Positions 41,225 through 42,606 of a stretch of DNA of 42,606 nt are shown here, piece after piece (positions within the stretch are counted from its first letter, which is position 1; the number at the start of each line of letters is the position of its first letter). Made by a program: the position numbers and the translations under genes. This stretch comes from Nanobdellota archaeon (GTDB taxonomy: Archaea; Nanobdellota; Nanobdellia; Pacearchaeales; GW2011-AR1): positions 1-42,606 of the forward strand of contig JBBTBG010000003.1 in assembly GCA_038043805.1 (NCBI GenBank). Direction: 5' to 3'. The notes under the pieces were generated by a model. That model saw only the letters and a list, made by a program, of their open reading frames with translations. It did no database searches and was not told where the DNA came from.

Positions 41225-41935
41225 ATGAAAGCAATGAAAGTTGCAGGTGTGATTGGCTTTATTCTGGCTTTGGCTGTTCTTGGAGCGTTCATTTATTCAC
41301 TCACACAATCATCATCAACACCTACGGTGACACAAGGTTCTACGCTTTCAAAAGTCTCTCCAGATCTTCTTCAAAGTGGAGGAATTCTTGCTCTTTTTAT
41401 TATAGTAATTATTGCATCAGAGTTCTTCGCTTATGGATTTTTACGTATGGGAAGAGAAGCAGGTTCACGCTTTCTACCTTTCGCAGCGCGTTGGCAAATG
41501 ATCCTCATTATAGCCTTAGTAGTGCTGGTTCTTATTTTTGGTCTAATGTTTTTCCTTTCAGAAGACAATCCATCCAGCAGTATTGCAGTGCTTCTCTACT
41601 TTTTTCTGATTACTTCTTTCTTGTACAGCTTTGCTGTTATCGTTTCCATTGTTGCAAGTGTAGGGCTTGTAGAAATTTCTCAAAAAGTGCGTTTTGCAAA
41701 ATCAACAGGGATTTTCTTAGGAATCACACTAGGCCTTTCTCTATTTACGCTTATATTCTCTCAACTTTCACTAGCTTTCATGATCATCGCAGCATTCGGG
41801 GGTGGTGGATCGGCTCTTTCTACTCTTCCATATATTCTTAAAACCATTTCAGTACTTACTAATCTCGCGGCAATTACCTATCTAATTTTAGGATCACTTG
41901 CACTTTTCGACGCATCGCGTAAGTTTGAGAAATAA
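41225..41935 (+). CDS. Multi-pass integral membrane protein of unknown function
   Basis: 236 aa with about 6 hydrophobic segments and a correctly spaced TATA box. Confidence 0.55.
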   Translation: MKAMKVAGVIGFILALAVLGAFIYSLTQSSSTPTVTQGSTLSKVSPDLLQSGGILALFIIVIIASEFFAYGFLRMGREAGSRFLPFAARWQMILIIALVVLVLIFGLMFFLSEDNPSSSIAVLLYFFLITSFLYSFAVIVSIVASVGLVEISQKVRFAKSTGIFLGITLGLSLFTLIFSQLSLAFMIIAAFGGGGSALSTLPYILKTISVLTNLAAITYLILGSLALFDASRKFEK

Positions 41936-42113
41936 TTTCAATTCTTTCGTCGATAAATTTAACGAAACCTTTATAAAGCCTTGTAAGGTAATATCTCAAC
42001 GTTACAATGTTAACAATCATGAGTGCCTTACGATATAGTCTACGGAACTCTTGTTCCCGACGACAAATTGCAAAGTAAGGTATGAGGTATGCAAGCAAAT
42101 TAAGTTTTGATTC

Positions 42114-42121
42114 TATATAAA
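42114..42121 (+). promoter_or_regulatory. Candidate rRNA promoter TATA box (TATATAAA)
   Basis: This is the only strong TATA-like element in the AT-rich spacer. It would give a ~120-nt leader before the 16S 5' end. Other AT-rich candidates exist nearby. Confidence 0.3.
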
Positions 42122-42263
42122 AAATAATATTTTTTGAATGTTTAAGAATTTATTCTTGACATTTTTTCCAAGTACACAGATGTGATGAACAGTCGTCAAA
42201 CAGGAGGATTTTGAGTGTTGTTATTTTCTTGCCGAAGGTAACATGAGAATTTTTATAATTCTA

Positions 42264-42606
42264 AATCCAGTTTATCCTGCTGGCGGCTGCGGCTATTTGG
42301 TTTGCACTGAGACATGCAAGTCGTTTGTTTCGTAAGAAGTAAAAGGCGAACCGCTCATTAACACGTAGCTAACCTGCCCTCGAGCCGGTAATACCCTCGG
42401 GAAACTGAGACTAAGGACCGATAGATGATGTTTTCTGGAATGATTCATCGTCGAAAGTTCGCGCGAGGATGGGGCTGCGGCGGATTAGGTAGTTGGCGGG
42501 GTAATAGCCCACCAAGCCGATGATCCGTAAGGGCCTTTAGCGAGGAAGCCCTGAGAGGAAATCTGAGACACTATTTCCAGCCCTACGGGGTGCAGCAGTC
42601 GGGAAA
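42264..42606 (+). rRNA. rrs: 16S (SSU) rRNA gene, 5' ~340 nt only; continues beyond the window
   Basis: The 5' end AATCCAGTTTATCCTGCTGGCGG aligns to archaeal ATTCCGGTTGATCCTGCCGGAGG. Conserved blocks are CATGCAAGTCG, CATTAACACGTAGCTAACCTGCCC, GGGAAACTGAGACTAA and CCTACGGGGTGCAGCAGTCGGGAAA (the archaeal ~340-360 region). Confidence 0.9.

Noticed and set aside
41874-42098. 74-aa minus-strand ORF in the spacer before the 16S gene.
   Set aside because: It overlaps the 3' end of the membrane protein gene, lacks a correctly spaced TATA box or SD, and lies in the AT-rich rRNA promoter/leader region.
42182-42263. GTGATGA (C-box-like) in the 16S leader, considered as a C/D sRNA or processing guide.
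   Set aside because: No matching CUGA D box lies at a suitable distance. It is more likely just part of the pre-rRNA leader, and the 3' flank needed to test a processing stem is outside the window.
1-42606. Scan for CRISPR arrays, cas genes, transposases/integrases, prophage genes, toxin-antitoxin pairs, a DGR (reverse transcriptase plus template/variable repeats) and tRNA genes in the larger spacers (11793-11954, 17541-17672, 40170-40305, 41936-42263).
   Set aside because: No regularly spaced repeats were seen. No ORF shows RT (YxDD), DDE, tyrosine-recombinase or Cas motifs, and no cloverleaf-compatible GTTCRAnnC T-arm sequences occur in the spacers. The only mobile-element-like signal is the 114-nt insert reported above.

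Overview
AT-rich archaeal window, judged archaeal from gene content: eS4, eL32 and eL19 ribosomal proteins, aSUI1, PCNA, an AEP primase, proteasome alpha, SBDS, exosome Rrp4/Rrp41/Rrp42, RpoK, and an archaeal-type 16S 5' end. Tight gene packing, missing metabolic neighbours and many Cys-rich membrane-anchored surface proteins suggest a reduced, DPANN-like lineage. That lineage call is inference only. The core is the large ribosomal-protein cluster, rpl3 through rpl15-secY plus a DUF106 insertase (17.6-31.8 kb). It is followed by psmA, SBDS, the exosome genes, rpoK, rps2 and the start of a 16S rRNA gene that runs off the window. The left third holds accessory genes: an NNMT-like methyltransferase fusion, a circularly permuted GTPase, a YbaK-like deacylase, a secreted SNase-LTD nuclease, two large surface proteins, a single-chain primase divergent from PCNA, a MATE pump, a 7TM plus wHTH pair, and a phosphoesterase cluster with an AbrB-PhoU regulator. 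The strongest candidates for new biology are both insertions into the otherwise canonical ribosomal operon. (1) An orphan 125-codon gene sits between rpl23 and rpl2 with 1-nt spacers on each side. (2) A 114-nt structured insertion between rpl30 and rpl15 is flanked by an 11-nt direct repeat, carries two tandem palindromic hairpins, and is spanned exactly by a 40-codon ORF with ATGA overlaps at both ends. Other leads are a Cys-rich juxtamembrane module shared by neighbouring surface proteins (one with a poly-Gly hinge and a polyproline cytoplasmic tail), long low-complexity extensions on uL22, uS2 and uS5, and replacement of conserved neighbours (Rpp29, adk/cmk, enolase). No CRISPR array, transposase, integrase, reverse transcriptase or tRNA gene was seen. 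All functional calls rest on motifs read by eye; no database search was run.
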